A stretch of 64,000 nt of DNA from Thermoproteota archaeon (GCA_015522685.1 WALU01000049.1:22441-86440), one strand, 5' to 3'; positions 19,411 through 30,450 are shown, counted from the first letter of the stretch. Program-made: numbers and translations. The notes: a model not told the origin generated them from the letters alone.

Positions 19411-20616
19411 ATGATGAGGATAGCTGTTATTGGAGCGGGATTAATGGGTAGAGCCGCGGTCCTCGATTTAGCTGATGACTCGATGAGCCCTAATGTAGAG
19501 GCGATACTTGTAGTTGATATTAATGAAAGAAGAGCAAGAGAGGTATATGAAGAGGCAATAAAGCTCACAAGCACTAAGGAGATGGAATATCGCAAGATAG
19601 ATGCTACATCGAAAGATGAGGTGATTAGCATATTAAAGGAGTTCAAAGCAGATGTAACGCTTAACGCTGCTCTTTATACAACTATTCATACAGTGATGAA
19701 AGCATCTTTGGAGGCAGAATCTCACTATCTAGATCTAGGAGATGATGTAGATGCATTAATCTTTCAACGAAGTTTAGATCTAAAATTTAAGGAGAGAGGG
19801 TTAATTGCTCTACTGGAGATGGGAGGAAGTCCTGGCCTCATAAATATTATGGCCTCTAAAGCAGTTGGAGAGCTGGATAGGGTAGAGGAGATAATCCTAA
19901 GGGAAGGGTGGATCGATCTGAACAACTACGACTCCCTTGGAATCCCTCTCCCAGTTCCTTATTCCTTTGATACTATATTAGATGAGTTAGAGCAGCCAGT
20001 GGAGATATGGAAGGATGGTAAGATAGAAAAGGTACCTCCCTTCTCTGGCAGAGAAACAATGGAATTTGTAGATCCAATAGGGAAGCAGGAGCTCTATTAC
20101 GTGGAACATCCAGAGGTCTACTCACTTGGAGAGACCTTCAAAAGGAAGGGGTTAAGGTTTGTGGATTACAAGCTTTCCTTCCCCAGAGATTTGCTACTGA
20201 AATATAGACTGCTCAATTGCTTAAAATTGACTTCTAACTCCCCTGTGAAAGTAGATAGTATGAATATAATCCCTAGAGATCTTTTGAGGGAGATGGTAGC
20301 ACAGATGATGGAGAATAAGGAGGTAGAGCCCAACGATTACGATATCATGAGGGCCATAGCGAAGGGTTGGAAGGGAGGAGTCAGGTCTAAGGTAACGATA
20401 GAAGCTTTGATAAAGTGGAGTGAGAGGTGGAAGGTGAGTGCCCAAGCTCTGCTCGTCGGCAGTCCAGCATCAATAGCGGCCCAATGGATCGGACTTGGGA
20501 TTTTAGATACGCCAGGTGTTCACTACCCTGAGGAGATAATAAATCCTATTCCATTCTTGAAAGAGGTGATGAGTAGAGGAATAAATTTCATAGAGAAAGT
20601 GGAATTCCAGCTTTAG
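19411..20616 (+). CDS. Saccharopine dehydrogenase-family NAD(P)-dependent oxidoreductase
   Basis: IAVIGAGLMG, HYLDLG, GGSPGL, HPEV, GVHYPE. Confidence 0.9.
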   Translation: MMRIAVIGAGLMGRAAVLDLADDSMSPNVEAILVVDINERRAREVYEEAIKLTSTKEMEYRKIDATSKDEVISILKEFKADVTLNAALYTTIHTVMKASLEAESHYLDLGDDVDALIFQRSLDLKFKERGLIALLEMGGSPGLINIMASKAVGELDRVEEIILREGWIDLNNYDSLGIPLPVPYSFDTILDELEQPVEIWKDGKIEKVPPFSGRETMEFVDPIGKQELYYVEHPEVYSLGETFKRKGLRFVDYKLSFPRDLLLKYRLLNCLKLTSNSPVKVDSMNIIPRDLLREMVAQMMENKEVEPNDYDIMRAIAKGWKGGVRSKVTIEALIKWSERWKVSAQALLVGSPASIAAQWIGLGILDTPGVHYPEEIINPIPFLKEVMSRGINFIEKVEFQL

Positions 20617-20801
20617 TTCCGGTAGCTCCTTCACTAACACATCAACTATCTAACCCAGAGCTTTCTCCAGTGGCTATTGCAAATTTACCCCTTAATCCTA
20701 GTCCATAGGGAAGCTACCCTGTATACTAGTGAAAAATCCTTGCTGTGAGGTTACGTCATCAACGTAAAACTCTTTAAAAGGTGAGTATACTCTAGGAGCT
20801 G

Positions 20802-21893
20802 ATGAAAAACAGACTTGCCTTACTGCTCGCATTGATTCTACTCCTACCGATTCTAATAATAGGACAGGCAAGCGGAGAAAATCCCCCTAAGATTGTTATA
20901 GTTAGCAATAAAGCTGATATGCCTACTACTAGATTCATTGGTAAGCTATTAAATCAATCTGGGTTAGCTTATAATGTATTAGGGCCCAGTTCCTTTGAAG
21001 ATGCCCTCAAGGGCTATGATATGATCCTATTGCTGGGTGGTCCTAAGGCTTATGATGGTATGGGAAACATAACCTCCAATTATATACCGCCCAGCAATTC
21101 ATCGACGCTTATAGAAGAGCCAAAGACCTTCCTAATCTCTGTTTTTAAAGGAGGCAGGGATATAGTTGTATTAGCAGGCCACACTAGGAGAGATACTATG
21201 GATGCTGCTTCATATTTCTTCAAGGATTCAATAAGGCTTACGAGCCTCTGGGGATGGGCTGGATACCCAGTTGATTTCAGGGTAGGATCCTTCGTTATAT
21301 ACTATGTGGCAAGATACTACTACAATAACAAGACGGGTGAATTTAAGGGATATCCTTGGGGAAACGTGAAAACAGAGACATTAAGCAAGCAGGATATCAA
21401 TGATAGTACTCTGTACAATGTGACCACCATCGAGGAGCATCTATACTTAGATGTGAATTATACAACAGTAACTGTGAACTTGGTGGATAGTTTAGGAAGG
21501 CCGCATATCTGTAAGATGGTGCAATTTATAGATAGCAATCTATCTAGGCAGTCGAAGGGCTGCCCGAAGCCATCCCGTGGAAGCTTAGGAAGGACTAGGG
21601 TATATGTTACCTTTAAGTTTGAGGAGACAGCAAATAGAAAATACTGGAAAATCGCAGGGAATAATGTCAGGAGGTCTTTACCTTATCCAATAGGCACGAG
21701 GCATATCAAAACAGATCTTGTGCTTAAATATGCATTCAAATACCCCTCTTGGAAGCCAGACCCTGAGTTCATCCTGTTATACGTAAATCCAGCAATACCC
21801 TTTGGAGGTACTGTTGTAAGGACATTGAATTCGGTAGTCAATGGACAGCCAATTACGACAGAGGTAATAAATCTCACAGCTTTTAGGCCATGA
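20802..21893 (+). CDS. Secreted glycoprotein with N-terminal S-layer-associated domain
   Basis: Signal peptide; LLGGPKAYDGMG...LAGHTRRDT paralogous to 12853..13362; nine N-x-S/T sequons. Confidence 0.7.
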   Translation: MKNRLALLLALILLLPILIIGQASGENPPKIVIVSNKADMPTTRFIGKLLNQSGLAYNVLGPSSFEDALKGYDMILLLGGPKAYDGMGNITSNYIPPSNSSTLIEEPKTFLISVFKGGRDIVVLAGHTRRDTMDAASYFFKDSIRLTSLWGWAGYPVDFRVGSFVIYYVARYYYNNKTGEFKGYPWGNVKTETLSKQDINDSTLYNVTTIEEHLYLDVNYTTVTVNLVDSLGRPHICKMVQFIDSNLSRQSKGCPKPSRGSLGRTRVYVTFKFEETANRKYWKIAGNNVRRSLPYPIGTRHIKTDLVLKYAFKYPSWKPDPEFILLYVNPAIPFGGTVVRTLNSVVNGQPITTEVINLTAFRP

Positions 21894-22014
21894 ATGTATA
21901 AGAGTCAGAAAATGCAATAAGGTATATTATTCAAGGTTGTTTGTGGCGGATTACCCCACTATCAATCATTATATGTAAGCATAGATCTCTTCCATGATAA
22001 AGAACGGTGATCCT

Positions 22015-22893
22015 ATGGAAGCAAGGGCGGTGTCCTCCAGAATTTCCGACTATATATGCCTAACGAAGCCCAAGCAAACATTTCTTCTCCTCCTTACCTC
22101 TATATTTACCTACCTAGGTGCCGGTGGTTACGATTTGAGGGTTCTAGTTCTTCTAACAGCAGCCATGGTTCTTTCCATATCAGGGACAACAGCAGTTAAC
22201 ATGACTCTAGATGCAGACATAGATTCATTGATGAGGAGAACTAAGGAGAGACCTGTACCTTCCGGTAAGGTATCTCAGGAAGGCGCTTTATCGTTTGGAA
22301 TTACTATCTTTCTCTTAGGTGTAGCCGTAGCTTACATTATAAACTCTTGGACGGCTTTAGCTACATCCTTAGGTGTAATATTTGATCTGTTAGTTTATAC
22401 TCTATGGACAAAGAGGAAAACTCCCTTTTCCATAGTCTTCGGCGGCATCGCTGGAGCTGCACCTTCTCTTGCTGGATGGACCGCAGCTAGAGGCTTAGTA
22501 GAGCTACCTGCCATTCTTATAATGCTAATAACGATGCTGTGGATACCAGCTCATATTTGGTACATATCGATATATTACTTGAATGATTATAGGGCAGCGG
22601 GAGTTCCCATGCTCCCTGTTGTTATAGGTGTAGAAAGAACTGCAAAGGTAATTGCAGCGTCTATAACTATAATGACAGTGACTGAACTGGCGCTTTTCCT
22701 GATAGGATCTATGGGCATGGTATTTCTCGCAATAGCTTTACCTCCTACCCTGCTTCTCCTGTATAGATCGATCTTATATGCTAGAAATCCAACAGCAGAA
22801 GGAGCTAAGAAAATGTATAAGACAGCGAGCCCGGTAGAAGGAGCGGCTTTCCTTGGTATTGCACTGGATGGATTGGCCAGACTTCTGCTGTAA
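22015..22893 (+). CDS. ctaB: Protoheme IX farnesyltransferase (heme O synthase)
   Basis: LTKPKQ, DADIDSLMRRTKERPVPSG, LWIPAHIW, DYRAAGVPMLPV; ATG 22015 follows a GGTGA RBS. Confidence 0.92.
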   Translation: MEARAVSSRISDYICLTKPKQTFLLLLTSIFTYLGAGGYDLRVLVLLTAAMVLSISGTTAVNMTLDADIDSLMRRTKERPVPSGKVSQEGALSFGITIFLLGVAVAYIINSWTALATSLGVIFDLLVYTLWTKRKTPFSIVFGGIAGAAPSLAGWTAARGLVELPAILIMLITMLWIPAHIWYISIYYLNDYRAAGVPMLPVVIGVERTAKVIAASITIMTVTELALFLIGSMGMVFLAIALPPTLLLLYRSILYARNPTAEGAKKMYKTASPVEGAAFLGIALDGLARLLL

Positions 22894-22931
22894 GCTAAAA
22901 CTTATTATGTCACATTTTTAGGGTATAGGTT

Positions 22932-23348
22932 ATGAGTTCTAAGGTAATTGTTAAGGGAGAGCTTGTCTTCAGCAATGGAGATGAGTTATTCCCCTTCTTT
23001 GATAAGTTAGGGATACCAGAGGAGAAAATAAAGCTGGGGAAGGCCTATACAGATGAACTGAAGATCGAGGAGATAAGAAGGGAGAATAATGAATATCATG
23101 TCAAGTTTGAGGGCGATCTCAATTGGCCATCAAATCTAGCACCTTCTGGAGAAAACCCACTAGATTGGCTCAAGACTCAGACGGCAGGTTTGGTATGGGA
23201 TGTAGAGGACCTAAAGACTTTAGAGGTTTTTAAGGGATCCGAAGACCTCAAATTCTCATTCTACTCCGATGAAGAGCTAGCTAAAAAGAGAGAAGAGTAT
23301 AATAAGTGGTGGATAGATTCTGCTAGCAATATAGTCGGGCTTTTCTGA
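22932..23348 (+). CDS. Hypothetical protein
   Basis: Clean ORF with typical composition and a TATA-like element upstream; no family recognised. Confidence 0.7.
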   Translation: MSSKVIVKGELVFSNGDELFPFFDKLGIPEEKIKLGKAYTDELKIEEIRRENNEYHVKFEGDLNWPSNLAPSGENPLDWLKTQTAGLVWDVEDLKTLEVFKGSEDLKFSFYSDEELAKKREEYNKWWIDSASNIVGLF

Positions 23349-23455
23349 GATTGACATTCAATGCTGAAAAATAAAAAGGAGGTTACTTTATAGTGGCTAT
23401 TCACCAAAAGTATAGCATAGGTTTTTATATAGTCTATGAAACTAGGTAGCTTGGA

Positions 23456-23779
23456 ATGGTTGCATTCGATGAGAGATTAAGAGATCCAGTTACAGGACTT
23501 CCACTGGAGCTTTTTTCCTGGGAAGAAGTCGAGAAAGAACTTACACCGGTAAGGATAAGATCGGAGAGGAGAAGGGGAAGGGATGTCACCATTATAGAGA
23601 ACCTCCCATTTTCAAAGGAAAACATGAAATCATTTTTGAAGGAGATGAAGAAGATACTGGCTTGTGGAGGGACCTATAAGGATGGATATGTACTTTTGCA
23701 GGGAGATCATAGATACAAAGTGGCAAAGCTATTGAAGGAGAGGTGGGGAATACCGGAGGATCAGATAGAGATAGAGTAG
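23456..23779 (+). CDS. sui1: Translation initiation factor SUI1/aIF1
   Basis: RRRGRDVTII...KKILACGGT...LQGDHR. Confidence 0.93.
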   Translation: MVAFDERLRDPVTGLPLELFSWEEVEKELTPVRIRSERRRGRDVTIIENLPFSKENMKSFLKEMKKILACGGTYKDGYVLLQGDHRYKVAKLLKERWGIPEDQIEIE

Positions 23780-24001
23780 ACGATCATCGGTTAGGTAAAC
23801 TGTAGCAGCCAATACAGTTACTTTCTATGGGGCTTATAGTGTAGCCAGTTTGCCCTGCTCTCCTTATGAGGCGTAGCTTGTATAGGTATAGTCATCAGCA
23901 TGTGAGAAGCCATTGTTGATAAAAGCTCGCAATAAGTTAAAGAAGTGGAGCTTAAAAGAAAAATAGATGAAAGAGTGGAGAATTCCTTATACGAGGAAAG
24001 A

Positions 24002-26053
24002 TCATGGTGGAAAGAAGGCAACGAATGTCAGGGCTACTATGGTAACTAGCTTTATGAATATGTGTAATGATGGACCTGCTGTATCCTTAAGTGGATCTCC
24101 AACAGTATCCCCTACCACGGCAGATTTATGAGCATCAGATCCTTTTCCCCCATACAGCCCTGTCTCCACCAGCTTCTTAGCATTATCCAATGCTCCACCG
24201 GCATTTATCATGAATATCGCTAGCAAGCCTCCCGCTATTGTCGCTCCGACTATAAAGGAACCGAGAGGCCCTCTACCAAAGATTAGCCCTATTATTATTG
24301 GAGCGAAGAACGTTATTAAGGTTGGAGATATCATCTCCTTCAATGCATGCTTTGTTGATATATCTACAGCTTTAGCATAATCTGGTTTAGCCTTGCCCTC
24401 AAGTAAGCCTTTTATTTCCCTGAACTGCCTTCTCACTTCATCTACTAATTTATTAGCGGTTCTACCAACAGATTGCATGGCCATGGCAGAGAAGAGATAT
24501 GCTAACGTTGAACCTACTATTACACCTACTAAGATGAAGGGATTTGCTAACTCCACTCCGGCTGCTTGCGGATTTACTATCCTAACATCTGTGAGATATG
24601 TTTTCAGGCCGGCAGATGTTAGGTAAGCAGAGAAAAGAACGAATGCTGAAAGCAAAGCGCATGCCATAGCATATCCTTTAGTTATGGCTTTCGTTGTATT
24701 CCCTACAGCATCTAAAAGGTCTAAGCCTCTCCTCACATCTTTACCTAAACCAGACATTTCAGCTATACCTGCAGCATTGTCGGAGATTGGACCAAAAGTA
24801 TCTGCTGCCATTATTATACCTGTAGTAGAGAGGATTCCTGCAGTAGCTGCTGCTATTCCATAGAGCCCATCTATCCAGAAGGCTAAAGATACTACAGTGC
24901 CTATCACTATTAGGGGAAGAAAAGCGCTTTCCATCCCCATAGAGAGACCTGCTATAACGTCTAAAGCAGGACCGAACTTAGACGATTCTGCTATATATCT
25001 AACTGGCCTGTACTGAGTTCCAGTATAGTACTGTATAATCATTCCCACAAGCAGGCTTGCGACTAACCCCAGCACAGCGGCATAGAATACTTCTATGTGA
25101 CCTAGGAAGTTTACAGCCATTACATAGAAGAATGCTAGATTAAGAATACCAGCTACAAGTAATGATACGTTAATCGCTGTTATAGGACTTTTAACACTCT
25201 CTCTTACTAAGAATATTGCCACTATTGTTGATATAATCCCGAGAGATTCGGCTAATAGTGGAAACATTATACCATTAAGTCCATAGAGAGAGAAGAAGGC
25301 CACTCCGAGAAGCATCATGCCAATTATGTTATCTGAGAAAGACTCGAAGAGATCCGCTCCCCTCCCAGCGCAGTCACCTACATTATCCCCAACCTGGTCA
25401 GCTATAACAGCAGGATTCCTAGGATCATCTTCAGGTATGCCAGCTTCCACCTTTCCCACTAGATCAGCTGATATATCTGCAGCTTTTGTGTAAATACCTC
25501 CCCCCAGTTGAGCAAATAATGCAGCTAAGCTAGCTCCCATGCCAAACGGGACTATGGTGTGGAGGGCCATCTCAAGCTGTTGCGGCGATTTAATGGAATA
25601 GAATGCATTTATTGCTAGATAGAGAAGCCCTATACCTAAAATGCTTAAACTGACTACAGATAAGCCCATGACAGAACCTCCCCAGAAAGCAATTTTGAGG
25701 GCCTTCTTTGGAGAAGTTCTGGCAGCATTCGTGGTCCTAACGTTCGCTCTCACTGCTGCATTCATCCCTATATATGCTGCTATGAGCGAGAGGACTGCTC
25801 CTGTTATGAATGACCCTGCTGGAATATCTCCTTCTAGAATCCCAAGAGCTATAGCTATTAAGATAATGAATACTGTTATTGTATAAAACTGCCTTTTCAA
25901 ATAAGCATTAGCTCCTTCTTGCACATAGGATGCAACAGCTACCATTTCAGGGGTTCCTGGTTCTTCTCTATTCACAAGGTAGTAGATGAGAGCTACAAAC
26001 AGCATCCCCACTATCCCCATTATTAAAGGAATTAGTTCTAGCAATTTGATCAC
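24002..26053 (-). CDS. hppA: Membrane-bound H+-translocating pyrophosphatase, K+-independent type
   Basis: GGIYTKAADISADLVGKVEAGIPEDDPRNP and GDTVGDPLKDT motifs; GNTTKA has Lys at the K+-dependence site. Confidence 0.96.
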   Translation of the reverse strand: MIKLLELIPLIMGIVGMLFVALIYYLVNREEPGTPEMVAVASYVQEGANAYLKRQFYTITVFIILIAIALGILEGDIPAGSFITGAVLSLIAAYIGMNAAVRANVRTTNAARTSPKKALKIAFWGGSVMGLSVVSLSILGIGLLYLAINAFYSIKSPQQLEMALHTIVPFGMGASLAALFAQLGGGIYTKAADISADLVGKVEAGIPEDDPRNPAVIADQVGDNVGDCAGRGADLFESFSDNIIGMMLLGVAFFSLYGLNGIMFPLLAESLGIISTIVAIFLVRESVKSPITAINVSLLVAGILNLAFFYVMAVNFLGHIEVFYAAVLGLVASLLVGMIIQYYTGTQYRPVRYIAESSKFGPALDVIAGLSMGMESAFLPLIVIGTVVSLAFWIDGLYGIAAATAGILSTTGIIMAADTFGPISDNAAGIAEMSGLGKDVRRGLDLLDAVGNTTKAITKGYAMACALLSAFVLFSAYLTSAGLKTYLTDVRIVNPQAAGVELANPFILVGVIVGSTLAYLFSAMAMQSVGRTANKLVDEVRRQFREIKGLLEGKAKPDYAKAVDISTKHALKEMISPTLITFFAPIIIGLIFGRGPLGSFIVGATIAGGLLAIFMINAGGALDNAKKLVETGLYGGKGSDAHKSAVVGDTVGDPLKDTAGPSLHIFIKLVTIVALTFVAFFPP

Positions 26054-26114
26054 CTCGCTTAGATTTGCTTTCTAAGCGACTTTGGGGATTCCCTTTTAGA
26101 ATTTAAAAAGGTAA

Positions 26115-27638
26115 TTAACAGGGTTCTATTGTGCTAGGAGGCTTAGTGGTTATCGCATAGGTAACCATTGTGACCTGAGGAATTTCTGACGTTATCCTCT
26201 TGGATATCTCCTCTAGAATATCCGAAGGCAGTTCATACCAATCGGCCGTCATGGCGTCCTCGCTCTCAACTATTCTCACTGTTACTATGTAGCCATCGAC
26301 GCGAGTATCCCCCTTTACACCTACCCACCTATCGTCCCCAACAGATGCGAAGGCCTGCCACACTTTATTGTAGAAACCTTTCTTCCTGAGCACCTTTTCA
26401 ACTATTGCTGAAGCCTCTCTCACAATACTCAATTTTTCCTCTGTAACCTCTCCTATAATCCTTACTGCCAATCCGGGTCCTGGGAATGGGTGCCTCTCAA
26501 CAATCTCCTTGGAGAGACCTAAATGGAGAGCTAGCCTTCTCACTTCATCTTTGTAAAGGTATCTTAAGGGTTCTATAACCTTAACCTTAGATTTGATCCA
26601 TTCAGGAAGCCCGGCCACATTATGGTGACTCTTTATCCTATCGGCCCCTATCTCTCCCCCACTCTCTATCACATCAGGATAAAGAGTACCTTGAACCAAA
26701 CAGTCAAAATCCCTACCTTTAAGTGATTTAGAGAAGACCTTCACGAAAAGTTCTCCTATTATCTTCCTCTTTTTCTCACATTCTTTTACTCCTCTTAAGG
26801 CACTGAGGAACTCCTTTGAAGCATCTATATATATGGGATTTATTCCAGTCCTTTCAAGCAAATTTAACACGTCTTCCGGCTCGTTCTTTCTTAACAGGCC
26901 ATGATTAACGAATATTGAGGTGAGCCTGTCACCTGCAAATTGATTTACTAGGAAAGTAGCTACTGTGGAATCAACCCCTCCGCTTACAGCCGATGATATG
27001 CTACTGCATTCCTCAAGTTCCCTTTTGAGGTATTCTTTTATGAGCGAGATCATCCTATTCTCAGTCCAATCTCTGCTGCTTCCAGCTATTTTTACAAAGT
27101 TATCAAGCAGGATACTTCCTTTGTAGGTATGCTTTACCTCAGGATGGAACTGAACACCGTAGATGGGTAAGCTCCTGTGCTTGAAAGCAGCAATATATCC
27201 GTTCTCAGATATGGCAGTTACTATAACGTCTTGAGGTGGAGATGCAACGTGATCGGAATGACTCATCCAAACAGTCTCCTCCTCATCCCATCCCTCAAAT
27301 AGACCCGATCTATCCAGTATCTTTACCTTAGTAGGACCGTATTCCCCTTTTGATCTCCTCACTTCTCCGCCCATCATAGCCGCTATAAGCTGGAACCCAT
27401 AGCAGATTCCCAGCACTGGAATTCCTAAACTTAGTATCCACTTGCCAATTTTAGGGGCTTGAAGCTCGTATACACTACTAGGCCCCCCAGATAATATTAT
27501 TGCATCTGGTCTTATCTCTCTTACCATTTTTAGAGTGATCTTGGTGTAGGGAAGTATCTCAGCATAGACCCTTAGATCTCTGATCCTACGCGTAATTAAG
27601 TGGGCATATTGCCCACCGAAGTTCACCACTAGGATCAT
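26115..27638 (-). CDS. guaA: GMP synthase (fused glutaminase and synthetase)
   Basis: LGICYG, QFHPEV, SGGVDS, IKSHHNV, KPPSTIE. Confidence 0.97.
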   Translation of the reverse strand: MILVVNFGGQYAHLITRRIRDLRVYAEILPYTKITLKMVREIRPDAIILSGGPSSVYELQAPKIGKWILSLGIPVLGICYGFQLIAAMMGGEVRRSKGEYGPTKVKILDRSGLFEGWDEEETVWMSHSDHVASPPQDVIVTAISENGYIAAFKHRSLPIYGVQFHPEVKHTYKGSILLDNFVKIAGSSRDWTENRMISLIKEYLKRELEECSSISSAVSGGVDSTVATFLVNQFAGDRLTSIFVNHGLLRKNEPEDVLNLLERTGINPIYIDASKEFLSALRGVKECEKKRKIIGELFVKVFSKSLKGRDFDCLVQGTLYPDVIESGGEIGADRIKSHHNVAGLPEWIKSKVKVIEPLRYLYKDEVRRLALHLGLSKEIVERHPFPGPGLAVRIIGEVTEEKLSIVREASAIVEKVLRKKGFYNKVWQAFASVGDDRWVGVKGDTRVDGYIVTVRIVESEDAMTADWYELPSDILEEISKRITSEIPQVTMVTYAITTKPPSTIEPC

Positions 27639-28957
27639 GTTACACCCGGTCCTGCCACCTTAGCTATAAACCTTATAGATCCCCCTTTAAAGTTGGAGAA
27701 TGCTTCTATATCATCTCCAATACCATATATACTTTTTAGGAATCCTCCTAAGGTGAAAGCCATGCTCGTCTGTCTTAGGGACTTAGTGACCTCGCCGTTT
27801 TCTATGAGGAAAGATGTTTCTGCCATTCCACTGAACTCTCCCGTTGCTAGATTAGGCGTATCTATAGTGTACACTACTAATACTCCTCTCTTAGTATCTA
27901 TAAGCTCGTCTGCCTTCATTCGAAGGGAGGGAGCTTCTATACTCACGGTATGAGGTGAGATCGAAGGAAGATGTGCGTGATCCCTTGAAGCATTGCCTGT
28001 GCTTTCCTTTCTCTCTTTAGATGCTGTATACCAATTGTGAAGTAGGGCTTTGAATACTCCTTTCTCCACAACGTAAGTTTTACGGGTAGGTATCCCTTCA
28101 GCATCAAAGCTTGAGCTGCTACTTAGCCAAGGGATCCTTCCATTGTCTACTATACTTATCTCATCCTTCGAAATTCTCTCACCAACTTTCCCGGTAAGAA
28201 AGCTCCTACCATACTGTACATTCTCCGCATTGGCTGCCTGACCTGCTATGAAAGGAACTATGGTAATTTGGGCTTTAGGCTTGAGTATTAAGGGAAGTTC
28301 TTCCACGCCTATCGTTATAGCATCTAGTGTCTTTACGGCTAGCTTGCCAGCTTCCTTCCCAACTTTCTCTGGATCAAACATATCTAACCTTCTACCATCA
28401 GAGAAACCGAAGCCTGATCCTCTTTTATCACCATCTTGGCTGGCAGCTTCTACTTCCGCTGAGAAGTATGTCCTTTCCTCTGATGTATTGACTCCCTTGG
28501 AGCTGTAAATTGAGACATTTACATGCCTAAGCTCAAAGCTGCCCGAGATAGATTTTACCTTCTGGGATATCTTAGCAGCTTCTATAGATGCCATAAAGAG
28601 TGACGCTGCCTCTTCCACACCTAGATTTCTCAGCTTTGGATCCATGAGATCGTTTATGTAGGAAATGCTGGCGGGTTCAGGCAATCCCTTGAAGTTTAAG
28701 TCCTCAGGGGCAGCTTTAGCATTCATGACAGCTTTCTTTCCAATTTCACTACCATCCATCGGATTGGTAGCGAATGCGAAGCCAAGCTTCTTCCCAATAG
28801 CAGCCCTAACACCTAGCCCAGTGAACCTAACAGAGCTTGCTGTCTTCATGGCGTTCTTCTCTGCTTGGATGGAGATCCCCCTTCCTATAATCTCAAAGGC
28901 TTCTGCCTCATTAGCGCCTTCAGATAAAGCTACCTTCACAGCTTCCTCTTCTAACAT
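27635..28957 (-). CDS. pmbA: PmbA/TldE family protein
   Basis: FDAEG, STGNA, NLATGEFS; no HExxxH; paired with tldD. Confidence 0.9.
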   Translation of the reverse strand: MLEEEAVKVALSEGANEAEAFEIIGRGISIQAEKNAMKTASSVRFTGLGVRAAIGKKLGFAFATNPMDGSEIGKKAVMNAKAAPEDLNFKGLPEPASISYINDLMDPKLRNLGVEEAASLFMASIEAAKISQKVKSISGSFELRHVNVSIYSSKGVNTSEERTYFSAEVEAASQDGDKRGSGFGFSDGRRLDMFDPEKVGKEAGKLAVKTLDAITIGVEELPLILKPKAQITIVPFIAGQAANAENVQYGRSFLTGKVGERISKDEISIVDNGRIPWLSSSSSFDAEGIPTRKTYVVEKGVFKALLHNWYTASKERKESTGNASRDHAHLPSISPHTVSIEAPSLRMKADELIDTKRGVLVVYTIDTPNLATGEFSGMAETSFLIENGEVTKSLRQTSMAFTLGGFLKSIYGIGDDIEAFSNFKGGSIRFIAKVAGPGVT

Positions 28958-28958
28958 A

Positions 28959-30317
28959 TCATCTCCCCCCAAAGACTAGCTTCTTTACCCTAATATGGGG
29001 TGCTCCCGTCGTAACGGGAACCCATTGACCATACTTTCCACACATTCCAGGATCATGGGTCAGGTCGTTTGCAATAGCATCTATATTATGGAGAACATCT
29101 AAGGTCATTCCCGTAATTGCTACCTCTCTAAGTCTCTGTTTTAGCTCTCCATTCTCTATTAGCCACCCTCCTTCAGCTTTAAACATAAACTGCCCTTTTG
29201 CTGGGTCTGTATACCCATATAAAGATCCAAAGGCATATATTCCGCTTTTCATTTCTGAGAGCATCTCATCAAAACTCCAGTTCCCAGTTTCTATGAAAGT
29301 GTTAGACATCCTGACTATAGGAGGGTTATCATAATCCATTGATCTGGCATTCCCGGTTGGCTCTATCCTGAGCCTTGATGCCGTTTCCAAGCTGGTCATA
29401 TAACCTGAGAGCAAGCCTCTCTTCACAATATACTTCCTCTTTGATTCCGTTCCTTCATCATCATACTTGTAGCTCCCATACAGGCCCTCAATAGTTGGAT
29501 CATCGATAACGCTTATCATATCAGATCCGACCTTCTTATCCATTTTCCCGACAAGTATGCTTTGATTATTTACTATGGCATCTCCCTCAGCTGCATGGCC
29601 GAACGCCTCATGTATGAAAACACCAGCTAGTTTCGGATCTAGAATTGCTGGTGAAGTGCCTGGAGGAGCTGGCTTAGCGGATAAAGCTTCCACTGCCCTT
29701 TTAGCAGCAAGCTCTGCTACGTTCGATCCTTCAACTATCTTCATACCTCCAACGCCTCCCTTAGATTCGAAGGCACTCTCTGTAAGTTCGGCTTCATGAG
29801 AAAAGATGTAAGCAGCTAACCTGACTCTAGCTGTCTTTTGATTTATGTCCGTTCCTAAAGAGTTAACGATTCTAGTTTCTCTCATAACATCTCCGAATAG
29901 TATGTTGGTGTTTCTGATCTTGTCCATCTTTCTGGCCTGTTTATCCTGTTCCTGGATTAGTTCTACCTTTTCTGAAGTGCTAACCTCCCAAGCTGGCTTT
30001 TGAGCTTTTACCTCATATCTACCTCTGAAGGAAGGCCATTCTGGCTCTATATGTTCCGCCCATTTAGAAGATAGCTTAGCCAGCTCAACAGCATCTTTAA
30101 CAGCATCTTTCAGCTTAGCTAATGAGCTGGCAACTCCTAGCCCCCAGCCCCCTTTGTAAAGAGCTCTAACACTTATTCTGAACTCGCTTCCTCTAGATAG
30201 CTCTCTAACCACTCCGTCTATCATACGGATCGTTGTAGTCTCAGATCTTTCCCTCCTAACTTCAACAAAATCTACACCATCATCTAGCGCGAGAGATATT
30301 GCATCCTCCAACTCCAT
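28959..30317 (-). CDS. tldD: TldD metalloprotease
   Basis: HEAFGHAAEGD, YDDEG, RMSNT, CGKYGQWVPV. Confidence 0.94.
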   Translation of the reverse strand: MELEDAISLALDDGVDFVEVRRERSETTTIRMIDGVVRELSRGSEFRISVRALYKGGWGLGVASSLAKLKDAVKDAVELAKLSSKWAEHIEPEWPSFRGRYEVKAQKPAWEVSTSEKVELIQEQDKQARKMDKIRNTNILFGDVMRETRIVNSLGTDINQKTARVRLAAYIFSHEAELTESAFESKGGVGGMKIVEGSNVAELAAKRAVEALSAKPAPPGTSPAILDPKLAGVFIHEAFGHAAEGDAIVNNQSILVGKMDKKVGSDMISVIDDPTIEGLYGSYKYDDEGTESKRKYIVKRGLLSGYMTSLETASRLRIEPTGNARSMDYDNPPIVRMSNTFIETGNWSFDEMLSEMKSGIYAFGSLYGYTDPAKGQFMFKAEGGWLIENGELKQRLREVAITGMTLDVLHNIDAIANDLTHDPGMCGKYGQWVPVTTGAPHIRVKKLVFGGR

Positions 30318-30450
30318 ACATAGTTATTGAGGAGAACCCGATATAATCATTCTGAGTTTCATCAAAGGTGCTATGCTAAGAGATTCTTCAGATGAGTGGA
30401 CTTTCTACAGCCAGAAGAGAAAGCAGGATAGGGTCCATTACCAAGTATGA

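Noticed and set aside
20621-20718. Long-range stem GGTAGCT...AGCTACC
   Set aside because: There is no internal structure or box motif; chance or a coding relic is equally likely.
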